Positions 35,264 through 44,806 of a stretch of DNA of 48,836 bases are shown piece after piece (within the stretch, counting starts at the first letter, position 1; each line of letters begins with the position of its first letter). Origin of the DNA: a virus (taxonomy: Duplodnaviria; Caudoviricetes). The DNA lies in the IMG/VR virus record IMGVR_UViG_3300010362_000025, positions 1 to 48,836 of that record; one strand, given 5' to 3'. The notes below the pieces were generated by a model. It had not been told where the DNA came from. It worked only from the letters and a program-made list of their open reading frames with translations, and searched no databases. The position numbers and the translations under genes were made by a program.

Positions 35264-37031
35264 CACTCTCCAATTGGTCAGCCAAGCTAGGCGGCAACAG
35301 CGTGTCGACTGCCCGGATTTCGTAGGTCTGAACAATCATGGACATTAGGTAGCGAGCACCGTCGGCCATCTGTACAGCCATCTGCTGTATGGGAGGAGGC
35401 GTCTGGGGGTTCATGGCGATCCCACCGATCTGGATTAGCTGCTGGTAGTACTGGGTAAGCGTGCCCATCATTGCCAGCAAGCCCTGCTTTTCGATCTCAC
35501 GATTGATGGTCGCGGTGCTCGCAGTCAGCTCCATCCCGATGCCGTCGGCGATGAATTCGTCGGGAAGGTTAAGCACGTTCTCGATCAATTCACCGTCGGC
35601 TCCCTTCACGAAGTAGGCCATCCCAGATGGCCGGAATTGGGCATTCAACAGTAGGAGCTTCTTACCTACGCTGCCCAAGCAATCACGAACATCCCGAACG
35701 TTTAGATCGAATCGTCGGTTGCCTTCTTGGATGAGCGCAAGGGTACCAGTTGCAGTCGCCCGGTTGCCGAGTACGTTCGACTCTCGACCCAGCTGGTAAT
35801 CAGCAACTCCGGATCGTCGTTCAGCATATGCAAGGCACGATGTCTCAAGCTGCCGCATGCTGGGATACACATCGGCCATCGGGAGGGTAATGACATCCCT
35901 TGCGGGGTCTGGCACTGTAAGAAACCGCCCGGGCCAGACCTTAGTTCCATTTCTAACGACACCACGTCGCCCCACAAAGAAGCGAGTGTTGGCGAGGGTT
36001 GCGTTGTCGACCTGCTGGTTGTGGAGCGTGGATATCTCGTCCTGGATAAGTGCAAGTTGCCTCGAGATCCCAATCCCATCTCTCTTTCCTTCACGATCAA
36101 TGAATTTGCCCTTCTTGAAGGGACGCTCACCCATCACGTCCGGGTTGTACACGCAACGCGCGATCGTCTTAGTCTCGTGGTGATAGGTAATCATCACAGG
36201 GACCGGTAGATCGCTACCCGCGAGTGGAAGGTCAGCGTAAATTTCGTAGAGTGTATTTAGTTTGTCCCTGGGCTTCGGAGCCTCCTTCTCGAGCTCGTTC
36301 TCAAGAACCTTCTCCTCCATCGGCGTCATCTCAGCCTTATGGGCTAGCATCTTGTCAACTTCGTCGTACACCTTGTCGTGCTTCCTCCAACGAAGCTGGC
36401 CATCGGTGAGACGAATTCGGTGGGCCATCCACTCAGCCTGATTGAGCTCGTCCTCGATACCAGCCTGACAGATGATATCCGCTAGTAGAACGTGCTGCAC
36501 CTGTGGACGGCGCACGATGCGATCTTTGGTCCTAGCCGCGCCCTGCTGAATCACGAAGCCCCTCTGAGTGAACGATTCCCAGTAGACCTTGAGATAAGCC
36601 CACCCGTGCTTTACGACCTCAACAATCCAGCTCCGTACCTGGGCGTACATCTGGAGCTCATTGACCCGGCTCCACTCCATGAAGTCCTGCAGAGGATTAA
36701 CGACAGGCTCTAGGTCCTTGATTAGCGCTTGTGCTGACCAGAATGGCTGCACTGCAAAGATCGTGTTAATGATACGTGCAACGATCGAGTCAACAGTGAT
36801 ACCTACCAACGGCACCACCAGGTTAGCTGCACCCTCCCACGGGAAGGTCTTCCGGGCCGAGATTGGATCACCCAGATACAAACGGTTAGATTCGTCAATC
36901 CACTCGAGCTTCAACTCGTGTACATACAACGCCTCATCCAGCTCGCTCGATAGATACTGAGGAAGCCACTGTTTGTCCTTCGGGGTAAGCGCAACAGGAG
37001 CACCCGGAATAACTCCCGTGTAGGATGGCAC
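35121..37031 (-). CDS. portal protein
   Basis: 636 aa; PWEGAANL.VP, G.GI...L..IQDEI...HNQ.VDN, TATG, Gln/Pro-rich tail. Confidence 0.88.
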   Translation of the reverse strand: MPSYTGVIPGAPVALTPKDKQWLPQYLSSELDEALYVHELKLEWIDESNRLYLGDPISARKTFPWEGAANLVVPLVGITVDSIVARIINTIFAVQPFWSAQALIKDLEPVVNPLQDFMEWSRVNELQMYAQVRSWIVEVVKHGWAYLKVYWESFTQRGFVIQQGAARTKDRIVRRPQVQHVLLADIICQAGIEDELNQAEWMAHRIRLTDGQLRWRKHDKVYDEVDKMLAHKAEMTPMEEKVLENELEKEAPKPRDKLNTLYEIYADLPLAGSDLPVPVMITYHHETKTIARCVYNPDVMGERPFKKGKFIDREGKRDGIGISRQLALIQDEISTLHNQQVDNATLANTRFFVGRRGVVRNGTKVWPGRFLTVPDPARDVITLPMADVYPSMRQLETSCLAYAERRSGVADYQLGRESNVLGNRATATGTLALIQEGNRRFDLNVRDVRDCLGSVGKKLLLLNAQFRPSGMAYFVKGADGELIENVLNLPDEFIADGIGMELTASTATINREIEKQGLLAMMGTLTQYYQQLIQIGGIAMNPQTPPPIQQMAVQMADGARYLMSMIVQTYEIRAVDTLLPPSLADQLESDANANAQQPGGPQGGPGPNQNGAGMGPAVGASGGGPAGMPSPNGGMQ

Positions 37032-37125
37032 GACTACTTACCCGAGGGGACCTTCGGCGGCTTCTTTTGGGTATTACCGCCACGAATACGATTCTTGCCT
37101 GCGCGACTGATCGCCATTGCTCCTC

Positions 37126-37536
37126 CTACTTGAAGCCAAGCCGGCTCATGATTTGACCAGCCGTAGCAGGGTCGAAGGTTCGTGGGATGGCTGAGATACC
37201 ACCAGATGGTGACTGGCCTTCGGAGATGTACGACGGGCCACCCATGCTCTCCTTCATCATGCGCTGCATGATCGTGGAGTCACCAACGTCCTTGACGGTG
37301 TTACCGACGTCCTTCACCAGAGCCGCGAACTTCTTGGCGTTGTCGGCCCGCTCCTCTGGTGTATCGCCTAAAAAACTTGCGAAGTCCGTCATCTTCTTAA
37401 TGCCCCGTACGGCCCCGCCCATTGCACCGAGGGCACCTGACGCACCTGTTACCTCACCTGGCATCGGCCCCATGAAGTCAGGGGATGGCCGAGCCATCTC
37501 GGTAACAGTACCCATGCTACCTAGCATCTGTCCCAT
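37126..37536 (-). CDS. hypothetical (possible internal virion) protein
   Basis: AAGGAG RBS; contains DFMGPMPG. Confidence 0.6.
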   Translation of the reverse strand: MGQMLGSMGTVTEMARPSPDFMGPMPGEVTGASGALGAMGGAVRGIKKMTDFASFLGDTPEERADNAKKFAALVKDVGNTVKDVGDSTIMQRMMKESMGGPSYISEGQSPSGGISAIPRTFDPATAGQIMSRLGFK

Positions 37537-37537
37537 G

Positions 37538-37945
37538 CTATCTCCTTCTGGCCAACATGAACGCCCGTTCGGGCGACGTGTAAGCACGATTGAAGACCTC
37601 GGCCATACCGGCCTTGTCAGTTACGCCAGCTTCCTTGAACATCTCCATCCGCTCACGGGCAGAGGCTCCCTGAGCCATACGACGCCGCTGCTCGCGCCGG
37701 ATACCAGTCTCTGGGTTCGAAACTGGAGTCCCCAGGCCAGTACCTGGCTCGAGGAAATTCGCTTTGAACATAGCCATCATGGCTTCTTTAGCGGCTGGGT
37801 CAGAGTCGCGCGGCACGACTTTCTTCCAATCTGCCTCTGTTGGCATACGAGAGCCAAGCTGCATCGGATCTCGGTTACGAGCGCCCTGGGCGGCCGTCTG
37901 AGCTGCCTGAGTTGGCTTAGGGCCTGAGCCCGACTGTTGAGCCAT
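37538..37945 (-). CDS. hypothetical protein
   Basis: TGATG coupling; GAGG RBS. Confidence 0.6.
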   Translation of the reverse strand: MAQQSGSGPKPTQAAQTAAQGARNRDPMQLGSRMPTEADWKKVVPRDSDPAAKEAMMAMFKANFLEPGTGLGTPVSNPETGIRREQRRRMAQGASARERMEMFKEAGVTDKAGMAEVFNRAYTSPERAFMLARRR

Positions 37946-38307
37946 CAGACGAATATCATAGCTGCCTCAGCGGCAGCTGAGCTATAGAGAGAGAAGCTAG
38001 TTGTGCCTTCACCATAAGCCTGAGGGACAAATAGTCGGACCTTCACTCCTAGTGAAGGAACGTTGACTGTCCACTTTGAGACGCCGTTAGCAAATGTGAA
38101 TTGACAGCCCGCAGTGCTAGTCAGAATAGCATAGACAGCAGTCTCGCCAGTCGTTGGCCAGTCGTAGAACTGCTCATCATCGGGCCTTGTGGTGTAGGTT
38201 GCGTGGCGACCACGCTGGGTGTTCCAGACGTCATCGAGATCTTCGGTAATGACGTTGGCAGAGTTGAGCTGAGCAATGTTAACTCGTACAGTAGATGGCA
38301 TACTCAC
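37945..38307 (-). CDS. hypothetical beta-rich structural protein
   Basis: GAGG RBS; coupled. Confidence 0.6.
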   Translation of the reverse strand: MSMPSTVRVNIAQLNSANVITEDLDDVWNTQRGRHATYTTRPDDEQFYDWPTTGETAVYAILTSTAGCQFTFANGVSKWTVNVPSLGVKVRLFVPQAYGEGTTSFSLYSSAAAEAAMIFV

Positions 38308-38450
38308 CTCTCTGGACCCTTCCGCTTCCTCTTACTCCGAGGATTCGTACCAAGAGCACGCGGGTTAGTCTTCATGGCGCGAGGATTCGTACCTAATTCT
38401 CTTGAGTTTATACCAAGCTGCCGAGGAGTCTTACCGAAGGTCTCCATCAT
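38304..38450 (-). CDS. 48-aa basic peptide with (L/M)GTNPR(A) heptad repeats
   Basis: MMETFGKTPRQLGINSRELGTNPRAMKTNPRALGTNPRSKRKRKGPER; GTGA overlap with next gene. Confidence 0.55.
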   Translation of the reverse strand: MMETFGKTPRQLGINSRELGTNPRAMKTNPRALGTNPRSKRKRKGPER

Positions 38451-38576
38451 TTGTTTCCCGCTCTACGGGGCTTCGCCCCGGGCCCCAGGAGGGCTGGTGA
38501 GGGGCAAAGGCCCGGAGGGGATGTGGGGGCAGCCGTCTCCGGTTGAGCGGAGTGCCAGTGTGGGGTGCGAACAAAG

Positions 38577-40112
38577 TCAATAGCCAGTTGCATTGCTGAC
38601 TCCCTCCCAACGCGGTGCACGTTCTTCGATCTGAGCTCCGATCTCGGGTCGATCCATGTCAGGCGTTACCCAGACCTGAGGGCCGTAGCTCAAAGCGTCG
38701 AGGACATCAACAGTCTCGCCCAACGGAAACGCCTCGAACTCGTCGACCAGGACCTGGCAGGTTGATCGGCGGATCCAAAGGCGTCCCCGTTCGGCGTACG
38801 GCTGTAGCCCCCTGATGCGGCTCTCTTTGCCCTCACGGCCCCCAGGGCGGACCTCGCGGACGTTCAGCCACTTCCCCCGCCGGATACACTCGGCCTCGAT
38901 GAAGCCTTTGAGCGCACGCTGATAGGCAACCCCCTCGACCACGACAGCGATGGGGTCCCAGCGTTGGGCCATATCGAAGATCTTTTCGATCATCTTGAGG
39001 GGTTGGCTCCGATCGGCCCACGCTTCCAATACCAGCACCCTCTCAGCTTCATCGAGGCCGGCAACCACCACGGCGCTGCGCGCCGCGTAGTCCTTCTCGC
39101 TAACAGCGGGATCGCACAGGATCACGGGCACGACGCGCACCCGCTTCGGCGATCCGACGAAGTTCAGAATCGTGCATCCAGTGTCCTCGTCTAGCTGCCA
39201 GCCGTTTAGCTCGAAGAACCGTAGCCACCCAGGATCGAAAGTCATGTGCTCGGGGTCGAATGGCTCGTTCTGGTACTGGCAGCTGAACTTGAAGCTCCCG
39301 ATCTTGTTCTTGATGCGCATCAACTCCTTGAGCGGGAACCTCTCCGGCCATAACGTCAAACCCTCCGGTCCAACGGCCTTCCGATGGAAGAAGTCAATGT
39401 CATGCTCATGCTCTTGGATCCACGCATACAGATCCTTGTGGGTCCACCGAGTACCGTACGTCTCAATTGGGTCAACTGGTTTCTCGAGCAACGACTCGCA
39501 ATACAGGTACCAATCGATCGTTTTCTTCATCACCTCCACACTCTCGCTAGCCTCCTTCCCAACTAGGTCATCCAGCTTGATCCTGTTGTAGTGCCGGCTA
39601 ACGACCGCGCCCCCGACGCCCATGACTTCAACGGTGCTCTCGGGGTAGTCCTTCGACCTCGGGACGAGCATCTCGCTCTCGCTCCACTTGCACTTGCCCA
39701 GGTCCGGTATCAGCTCTGGGAACAGCCACCGGAACAACACGGCGCGCTCGAATACCGCTTGGATACGGCGGAGGAAGTGGCTCGCGTTCGTTGCCGTCTC
39801 GTTCGCGATCAGCAATCTGATATTTGGATTCGCCGCGATAAGGCGGACAGTGTCGGCAATCGTCCACACACTCGTCTTCAAGTGGTCCCGCGGCACCAGC
39901 CCGAGCTTCCTCGTCGTTGGGCTTTCGATCCATGAGCACATCTCCGCGTGGAGCCTCGGCGTCAGGTCGTGGAACCCAATAATCGCCTTGGCCATCACGT
40001 ACGTGCTACGCTGCGCCTGGACTCGCAGACTTGTCCGTACCTGTTCGCTTCGGGCTCCAGTATCGCCTGTTTGCGCAGCGAACTGCGCGTGCTCCATGTC
40101 GCTAGCAAACAT
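38577..40112 (-). CDS. terL: terminase large subunit
   Basis: Walker A variant PRDHLKTS, Walker B IKLDDLV, GTRW, LWPERF, CQYQNEP, nuclease DPA...SAVVVAG, DVLDALSY. Confidence 0.93.
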   Translation of the reverse strand: MFASDMEHAQFAAQTGDTGARSEQVRTSLRVQAQRSTYVMAKAIIGFHDLTPRLHAEMCSWIESPTTRKLGLVPRDHLKTSVWTIADTVRLIAANPNIRLLIANETATNASHFLRRIQAVFERAVLFRWLFPELIPDLGKCKWSESEMLVPRSKDYPESTVEVMGVGGAVVSRHYNRIKLDDLVGKEASESVEVMKKTIDWYLYCESLLEKPVDPIETYGTRWTHKDLYAWIQEHEHDIDFFHRKAVGPEGLTLWPERFPLKELMRIKNKIGSFKFSCQYQNEPFDPEHMTFDPGWLRFFELNGWQLDEDTGCTILNFVGSPKRVRVVPVILCDPAVSEKDYAARSAVVVAGLDEAERVLVLEAWADRSQPLKMIEKIFDMAQRWDPIAVVVEGVAYQRALKGFIEAECIRRGKWLNVREVRPGGREGKESRIRGLQPYAERGRLWIRRSTCQVLVDEFEAFPLGETVDVLDALSYGPQVWVTPDMDRPEIGAQIEERAPRWEGVSNATGY

Positions 40113-40137
40113 ATCGCTTCAGCGATTGAACTGCCAA
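40109..40137. promoter_or_regulatory. TTCAAT-N3-TGAA box (site 6, 40118-40130) immediately upstream of terL start
   Basis: ACATATCGCTTCAGCGATTGAACTGCCAA; 25/29 identical to 7119-7147. Confidence 0.7.
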
Positions 40138-40248
40138 GAAGCTAATCATCATCTTGGCTATCGTCGTCGGTATCCTCCAGCTCCTCGAGCTCCTCCTCGC
40201 TACCTTCGTCGGCTTCAGGCTGCGCCTCTTCCTCCGGTCGCTTCTCCA

Positions 40249-40503
40249 TCACTTTGTCCTTATCCCCACGCGGCCCGCTCTGTTCACCAGGTCCGCGAAG
40301 TCCTTGTAGTTCGTTTGCTCCAAATTCGGAGTCTGTCGGCCCCCCGCCATCTGCTGATCAATGATCTGCTTGCTCCCCTCTAGCACCGCCTGCGGGTCCT
40401 GTCGCCACTCGCTCCTGTCATACCACAACCGCTTCCTCGAGATGCGCGGGGTGTCTCGCGGGTACTTCAGGGTCACATGCCTAGTCTGGTTTAGAGCCTT
40501 CAT
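40249..40503 (-). CDS. hypothetical protein
   Basis: ATGA overlap; coupled chain. Confidence 0.5.
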   Translation of the reverse strand: MKALNQTRHVTLKYPRDTPRISRKRLWYDRSEWRQDPQAVLEGSKQIIDQQMAGGRQTPNLEQTNYKDFADLVNRAGRVGIRTK

Positions 40504-40673
40504 TTGCGGAACGTCCCCTTCAGCAGCCGCTCGGTCTCTTCCTCCGTCATCGCCCGGCCGCTGGTATCGAGCATGTTCCATTCCTTGACCTTCCGCACGA
40601 TCGCCTGCCGCTCGGCGTCGGACGCCGCCCGACCGGACTCCTTCAGTAGCTTCTCAGCAACGCGCTTGTCCAT
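40500..40673 (-). CDS. hypothetical protein
   Basis: MDKRVAEKLLKESG...; TAATG coupling. Confidence 0.5.
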   Translation of the reverse strand: MDKRVAEKLLKESGRAASDAERQAIVRKVKEWNMLDTSGRAMTEEETERLLKGTFRK

Positions 40674-40760
40674 TACTTTTTCACCTTCTTCCCGGGCAGC
40701 TCCCGGATAATCTTGATGAACGCCTTCTGCCCCTTGGTTGGCGGCTTCTTGCCCTGCCAC

Positions 40761-41297
40761 TCAGTCGCTAGCTTCTTCGTGGCCATTCTGGCCCCCATTC
40801 CCGTTGGGCGTCACGTCGATTACTGGCCCATGCACTTCCTGAAGAACGCTCGCAACATGCGCCAGGGCCTCGGCGTCGATTGTGTGCGTGATCTCTGTCT
40901 GGACTTTCGTTGGCGCGCGTTTGCCAGCTCGATCAAGAATATCCTGCGCCGTCGACGCTGCTCCAATTTGTGCGCGGACATTTTGCTCCATCGCAAATAG
41001 CCGATCCATGACCTTACGCTCGACGTCGAACGCATACGCCGCCTCGTTCTGAATCGCAGCGTCCAGGTGCTTCGCGCTCTCGCTGATCTCATCCACGAAC
41101 GTGCTCTCTAGCGCAATCAGGTAGCGTGCAACGCGAGGCCGCTTCAGGATTGTGCTCACGGTCATGTAGTCGGTATCAATGAACCGTCCGATGACGATCT
41201 CACTCATACCGGCTGCCCTCATCAGGGCCACGCGTCTCTCTAGGGGCTCCAGGTCCCGGTAATCTAGGTGTCTACTCACGATCCGGATCTCCCCCAA
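40761..41297 (-). CDS. putative terminase small subunit (N-terminal HTH)
   Basis: HTH-like N-terminus, AASTAQDILDRAG motif, VIDVTP tail; upstream of terL. Confidence 0.6.
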   Translation of the reverse strand: MGEIRIVSRHLDYRDLEPLERRVALMRAAGMSEIVIGRFIDTDYMTVSTILKRPRVARYLIALESTFVDEISESAKHLDAAIQNEAAYAFDVERKVMDRLFAMEQNVRAQIGAASTAQDILDRAGKRAPTKVQTEITHTIDAEALAHVASVLQEVHGPVIDVTPNGNGGQNGHEEASD

Positions 41298-42441
41298 GTT
41301 GCCTCAGTAGATCTGTCAGTCTCTGCTCCTCCTGCCGCATCGCGGCCACCGTTGCCCGCCTCTCCAGGTGAATCCCCCGATCATATGCCTGCTCAAAATT
41401 CGGTATCGGTCCCATGATACCTGTCTCCCGGCGCCTCTCCTCGATTACCTGCTGAAGCGTCTTGTCCCGCAGCGCGTCCCCCGCCTCCAGTGCCCTCTCA
41501 TCGCTCCCCAAGACTCGGAGCCTCTCGGGGTACTTCTCTCGGCTATGGTAGCTAATCCTGTCGAGCTCCCCACTCTCCATCAGATCCACGATCTCCCGAT
41601 CGCGGTCCGACAGATCCCTCAGCAGTGAGTAGTTCGGCATGATATCCACATCATCCGTCTCGGGCTCCTCCATCCGCCGTCGTATGACCCGCGATTCCTT
41701 CTTGCCCGGCATCGGCCCCATGAACTCCGGGTCGAGCCGTTCCCGCTCGATAAACCGCTTCTTCATCTCGGGGTCTCCTCGACCCCTAAGCGGCATCGTT
41801 ACCTCCTCAGTGTACCCCTTCCGCCCAACCGTCCCCCCACCGACCTTCTGCATGTTCTCGATCCGGAAGAATCTCACCGTTTCCGCATCCGGAAAGTCCT
41901 TGCCTGCCTCGTTGAACAGATGCATCATCTGTCCAGTCCCTAACTCCTCCGTGCCTGGATCCTTGCTCGCCCAACCAAGGTACAGCTGCTTGATATCATC
42001 GTTGTAGTTAAACTTCATACTCCCAATCGGTTGATCGTCGCCCGTCCGGCGCACCGTATACTCAGCCTTCTCGGGAGTCTTAGATCGAGGATCCAACCGA
42101 TACTTTGGGTCCGATATATGAGGCGCAGCCCCCTCGCTCCATTCGCCGAGGCCCCCACTCCGCTGGTACATCTCGACCGCTTCACCCAGCGCCTTTCCGA
42201 TACGGGGGATCTGCCGTAGCACTCGCCCGTATGGGAAAAGCGTCGACGCAGTGTCTAACGTAGTCTCCAACGCGAAGTTCTGGATCGGATGCTCGTCTGC
42301 CCACTCCGCGTACCTCTCACTGTACGGCTTGCTGTGTTGGAACAGCAACTTCTGTATCTCGCGGGAGTTCTCTTCCTCAGGCGTCAGCCTCTGCTGCCAA
42401 CCCGCCGATAGGCCCCCACCTGGCGTGTATTCGTCAGCCAC
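41272..42441 (-). CDS. hypothetical protein, possible virion-injected multidomain protein
   Basis: 389 aa; contains EFMGPMPG; central region weakly GNAT-like. Confidence 0.55.
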   Translation of the reverse strand: MADEYTPGGGLSAGWQQRLTPEEENSREIQKLLFQHSKPYSERYAEWADEHPIQNFALETTLDTASTLFPYGRVLRQIPRIGKALGEAVEMYQRSGGLGEWSEGAAPHISDPKYRLDPRSKTPEKAEYTVRRTGDDQPIGSMKFNYNDDIKQLYLGWASKDPGTEELGTGQMMHLFNEAGKDFPDAETVRFFRIENMQKVGGGTVGRKGYTEEVTMPLRGRGDPEMKKRFIERERLDPEFMGPMPGKKESRVIRRRMEEPETDDVDIMPNYSLLRDLSDRDREIVDLMESGELDRISYHSREKYPERLRVLGSDERALEAGDALRDKTLQQVIEERRRETGIMGPIPNFEQAYDRGIHLERRATVAAMRQEEQRLTDLLRQLGGDPDRE

Positions 42442-42678
42442 TTAGTTTGGCCTCGTGTACGTCACGCTCGGGTACTGATCCGTGGGCTTCTCGTCCACCT
42501 GAGCCGTCGCCCAGATCATCGTCGCGTCGTGGATATCCAGACCGCTGACCCATTGACTTTGAGACTGGCCGTGGCAATGCACCGTGTACACCACGTCCCC
42601 CGTATACCAGTCTTGCCGCCGCTCCACCTTCTCCACTCCATGCCCACACTGTGCACACCACGGCCAGTCGAACATCAT
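42442..42678 (-). CDS. zinc-ribbon hypothetical protein
   Basis: PWCAQCGHGVE...VHCHG; ATGA overlap. Confidence 0.55.
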   Translation of the reverse strand: MMFDWPWCAQCGHGVEKVERRQDWYTGDVVYTVHCHGQSQSQWVSGLDIHDATMIWATAQVDEKPTDQYPSVTYTRPN

Positions 42679-42878
42679 GGTATCAGCCTCGGTGCCCCTG
42701 GCATGCTCACAAGGCCCACGGCTGCCAACAGCCACAACAGGAGCCACACTACGATCGCTATGACCACCACCGCGTTGATGATCTGCTTGATTTGGGCATC
42801 CATGGGAATGTACTTATTCACCGCCCACAGCAACACCCCAATCACGATCAGGATGACCACCAGTTGGATAAGCAGCAT
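42675..42878 (-). CDS. small two-TM membrane protein (Thivi_2564-like)
   Basis: LIVIGVLLWAVNKYIPMDAQIKQIINAVVVIAIVVWLL. Confidence 0.7.
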   Translation of the reverse strand: MLLIQLVVILIVIGVLLWAVNKYIPMDAQIKQIINAVVVIAIVVWLLLWLLAAVGLVSMPGAPRLIP

Positions 42879-43093
42879 TACCGACCACTCCGGCGGAGCG
42901 CTCGAGCCCTCGCCTCGACCGCCTTGCCCCGGGTTGGCTTGCCCTCTTTCACGTGCCCTGGCAGGCCCTTGGTCTTGGTCGACGCGAAGTCCTTGAGCTG
43001 CTTCTTGGTCATGTCCGTGGTGTTCTTACCCTCCTTGGCCTCCCCGTACTTCATGCCCATGTAGTGCTGCTGGGCCTTTGACACAGATGGCAT
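42878..43093 (-). CDS. DUF3008-like small basic protein
   Basis: MPSVSKAQQ...MTKKQLKDFASTKTKGLPGHV; GAGGAGG RBS. Confidence 0.7.
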   Translation of the reverse strand: MPSVSKAQQHYMGMKYGEAKEGKNTTDMTKKQLKDFASTKTKGLPGHVKEGKPTRGKAVEARARALRRSGR

Positions 43094-43096
43094 CGC

Positions 43097-43585
43097 TTAC
43101 CTCCTCATGGTTGACTGCAGCAATGCCTGCTGATTGGCTCTGTACGGAGCCTGTGAAGCTCCGGTTGCAAGGAAGTTCTGTAGCCTTGTCTCGGCCGGGC
43201 TCCCTGCCTGGATCTGTTGGTTTACCCGCTGGGCAATCTTCCCGTGCTCCCCCAGCCATTGAGCACCCTGGCCCCTCTGCGCGGCCGCCTGCCATCCAGC
43301 TCGCTGGCCCTGGTTGAGACCCAGGCCGAGCCCAAGGGACTTGGGCGTTCCACCTGGCTGTGGAGCTGGCGTCTCCGGCGCTTGGGGCGTGGGCGGCGTC
43401 GGACCTACTGGCCCCCAGCTCCCCCGCGCTGGACTACCCGCTGCCTTCATGTTCTCTACGTTCCGATAGTAGTCGAACATCGACTTGTCGAACGCCGCCT
43501 GTTGGGCTTGGCCACCCTGCATCCACTGATCGAAGCCCATCCGAGGGGGCGGACCCCCCGGGCCTGCGGCCCCTTGCTGGGCCAT
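43097..43585 (-). CDS. Gln/Gly/Pro-rich hypothetical protein
   Basis: Low-complexity ORF in coupled chain. Confidence 0.55.
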   Translation of the reverse strand: MAQQGAAGPGGPPPRMGFDQWMQGGQAQQAAFDKSMFDYYRNVENMKAAGSPARGSWGPVGPTPPTPQAPETPAPQPGGTPKSLGLGLGLNQGQRAGWQAAAQRGQGAQWLGEHGKIAQRVNQQIQAGSPAETRLQNFLATGASQAPYRANQQALLQSTMRR

Positions 43586-43691
43586 CAGTACGCTACCTTC
43601 CCACGCTTAGGCGCGCTCGAAACCTTGGCCTTTGGTCCCAGTGGCCGCACCGCTCGTGGCGGCTTGCCTTTCGTGAACTCAGGCGTCTTCA

Positions 43692-44090
43692 TCAATGGTC
43701 GCTTTGCCATTGCTGCTTTCCTTTGTTCTCCCGATCGAAGAACTTCTGCTGGAACTTCTGCCGCTCTTCCTGGAGAGTAAGTATGCGTTGGGACTTCTCG
43801 GTAATGTCCTTTAGGTATTGAGTCTGGAGCGACAGCTCGATGCGCTGACCCTGAAGCTCCTTTAGCATCTGCTCTTCGTTCGAGATCAACCGAGCCACTA
43901 CCTCGGTGTTGCTAGACATCCGCTGCACAATCATGTTCATGTTGTCTTGAAACCGAGTGAGAAGGAACCACAGCAAGACGCCGGCAACTACGACAGGAAA
44001 GCCTACTTGAACAATAGCACGCGAAGCAACATCGACCCAGCCCTGGCCAGGCACGACAACTTGCGTGGTAGGCTGTTGGCCGTTAGGCAT
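43692..44090 (-). CDS. putative holin/lysis membrane protein (one TM plus coiled-coil)
   Basis: IVQVGFPVVVAGVLLWFLL then coiled-coil; near endolysin. Confidence 0.6.
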   Translation of the reverse strand: MPNGQQPTTQVVVPGQGWVDVASRAIVQVGFPVVVAGVLLWFLLTRFQDNMNMIVQRMSSNTEVVARLISNEEQMLKELQGQRIELSLQTQYLKDITEKSQRILTLQEERQKFQQKFFDRENKGKQQWQSDH

Positions 44091-44224
44091 CGGGCTCGTC
44101 TTGTATGCCCTTTGTGCTGCCCTTCACTTCCTCCTGCAACTTCTCCTCGGCCTTCTTTCCTTCTTCGGCGTCGATGGCTGAGGGAATGACTTTGTCTTTG
44201 TCGAGCTTAATCATCGACTAGCCC

Positions 44225-44806
44225 TCATGTTTGCGAGATAGCGTTGTTGAACTTCTCTGCGTATCCAGCTATCAGGCTTGCCTGGTCGTATCCATTCACG
44301 ATCGTCCGCGCGTCGTACCAGTTCGTCAACTGGTCAGTAAAGAACTGCCCAAGACGCTTACCCGTGAAGTCGCCATCGATCATGCCACCGATGATAACTT
44401 CTAGGGCAATGCCCGGCTCGAGGGCTCGGTCAGCCTTCTTTACGAGACTTCCACCCAACTTCAGCTTGGTGTCCTGCCGCTGGTAGTTGTCCTTCCAGGT
44501 CAGCTGGACGTACCCCCGTCCATAGTAGGTTTGACCAGTCTGAGGATCGGGCGTCCCATATTTCTTCCCTTTGCCCTTCCCGTACTCCGCGATGGGCTGC
44601 ATGGTAGCAGCAGTCTCGTGGTAGGTGGTGGCCAAGACGTAGGCCAGCATCCTATCGTCGAGGTGGTACCGTTCAGGGAGGGGAGGATTCTTGTTGTCAT
44701 ACCAGTCAAGGAAGACATTGAGACCGTCTACTTGTCCCTGGTTAAACGACTTGAAGAGGTAGTACTTGATGTTGTCGAAGAAGTACTTCCTATGAATCCC
44801 CATCAC
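44225..44806 (-). CDS. endolysin, glycoside hydrolase family 19-like
   Basis: AYVLATTYHET...PIAEYG...YYGRGYVQLTWKDNY...ARTIVNG. Confidence 0.9.
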   Translation of the reverse strand: MMGIHRKYFFDNIKYYLFKSFNQGQVDGLNVFLDWYDNKNPPLPERYHLDDRMLAYVLATTYHETAATMQPIAEYGKGKGKKYGTPDPQTGQTYYGRGYVQLTWKDNYQRQDTKLKLGGSLVKKADRALEPGIALEVIIGGMIDGDFTGKRLGQFFTDQLTNWYDARTIVNGYDQASLIAGYAEKFNNAISQT

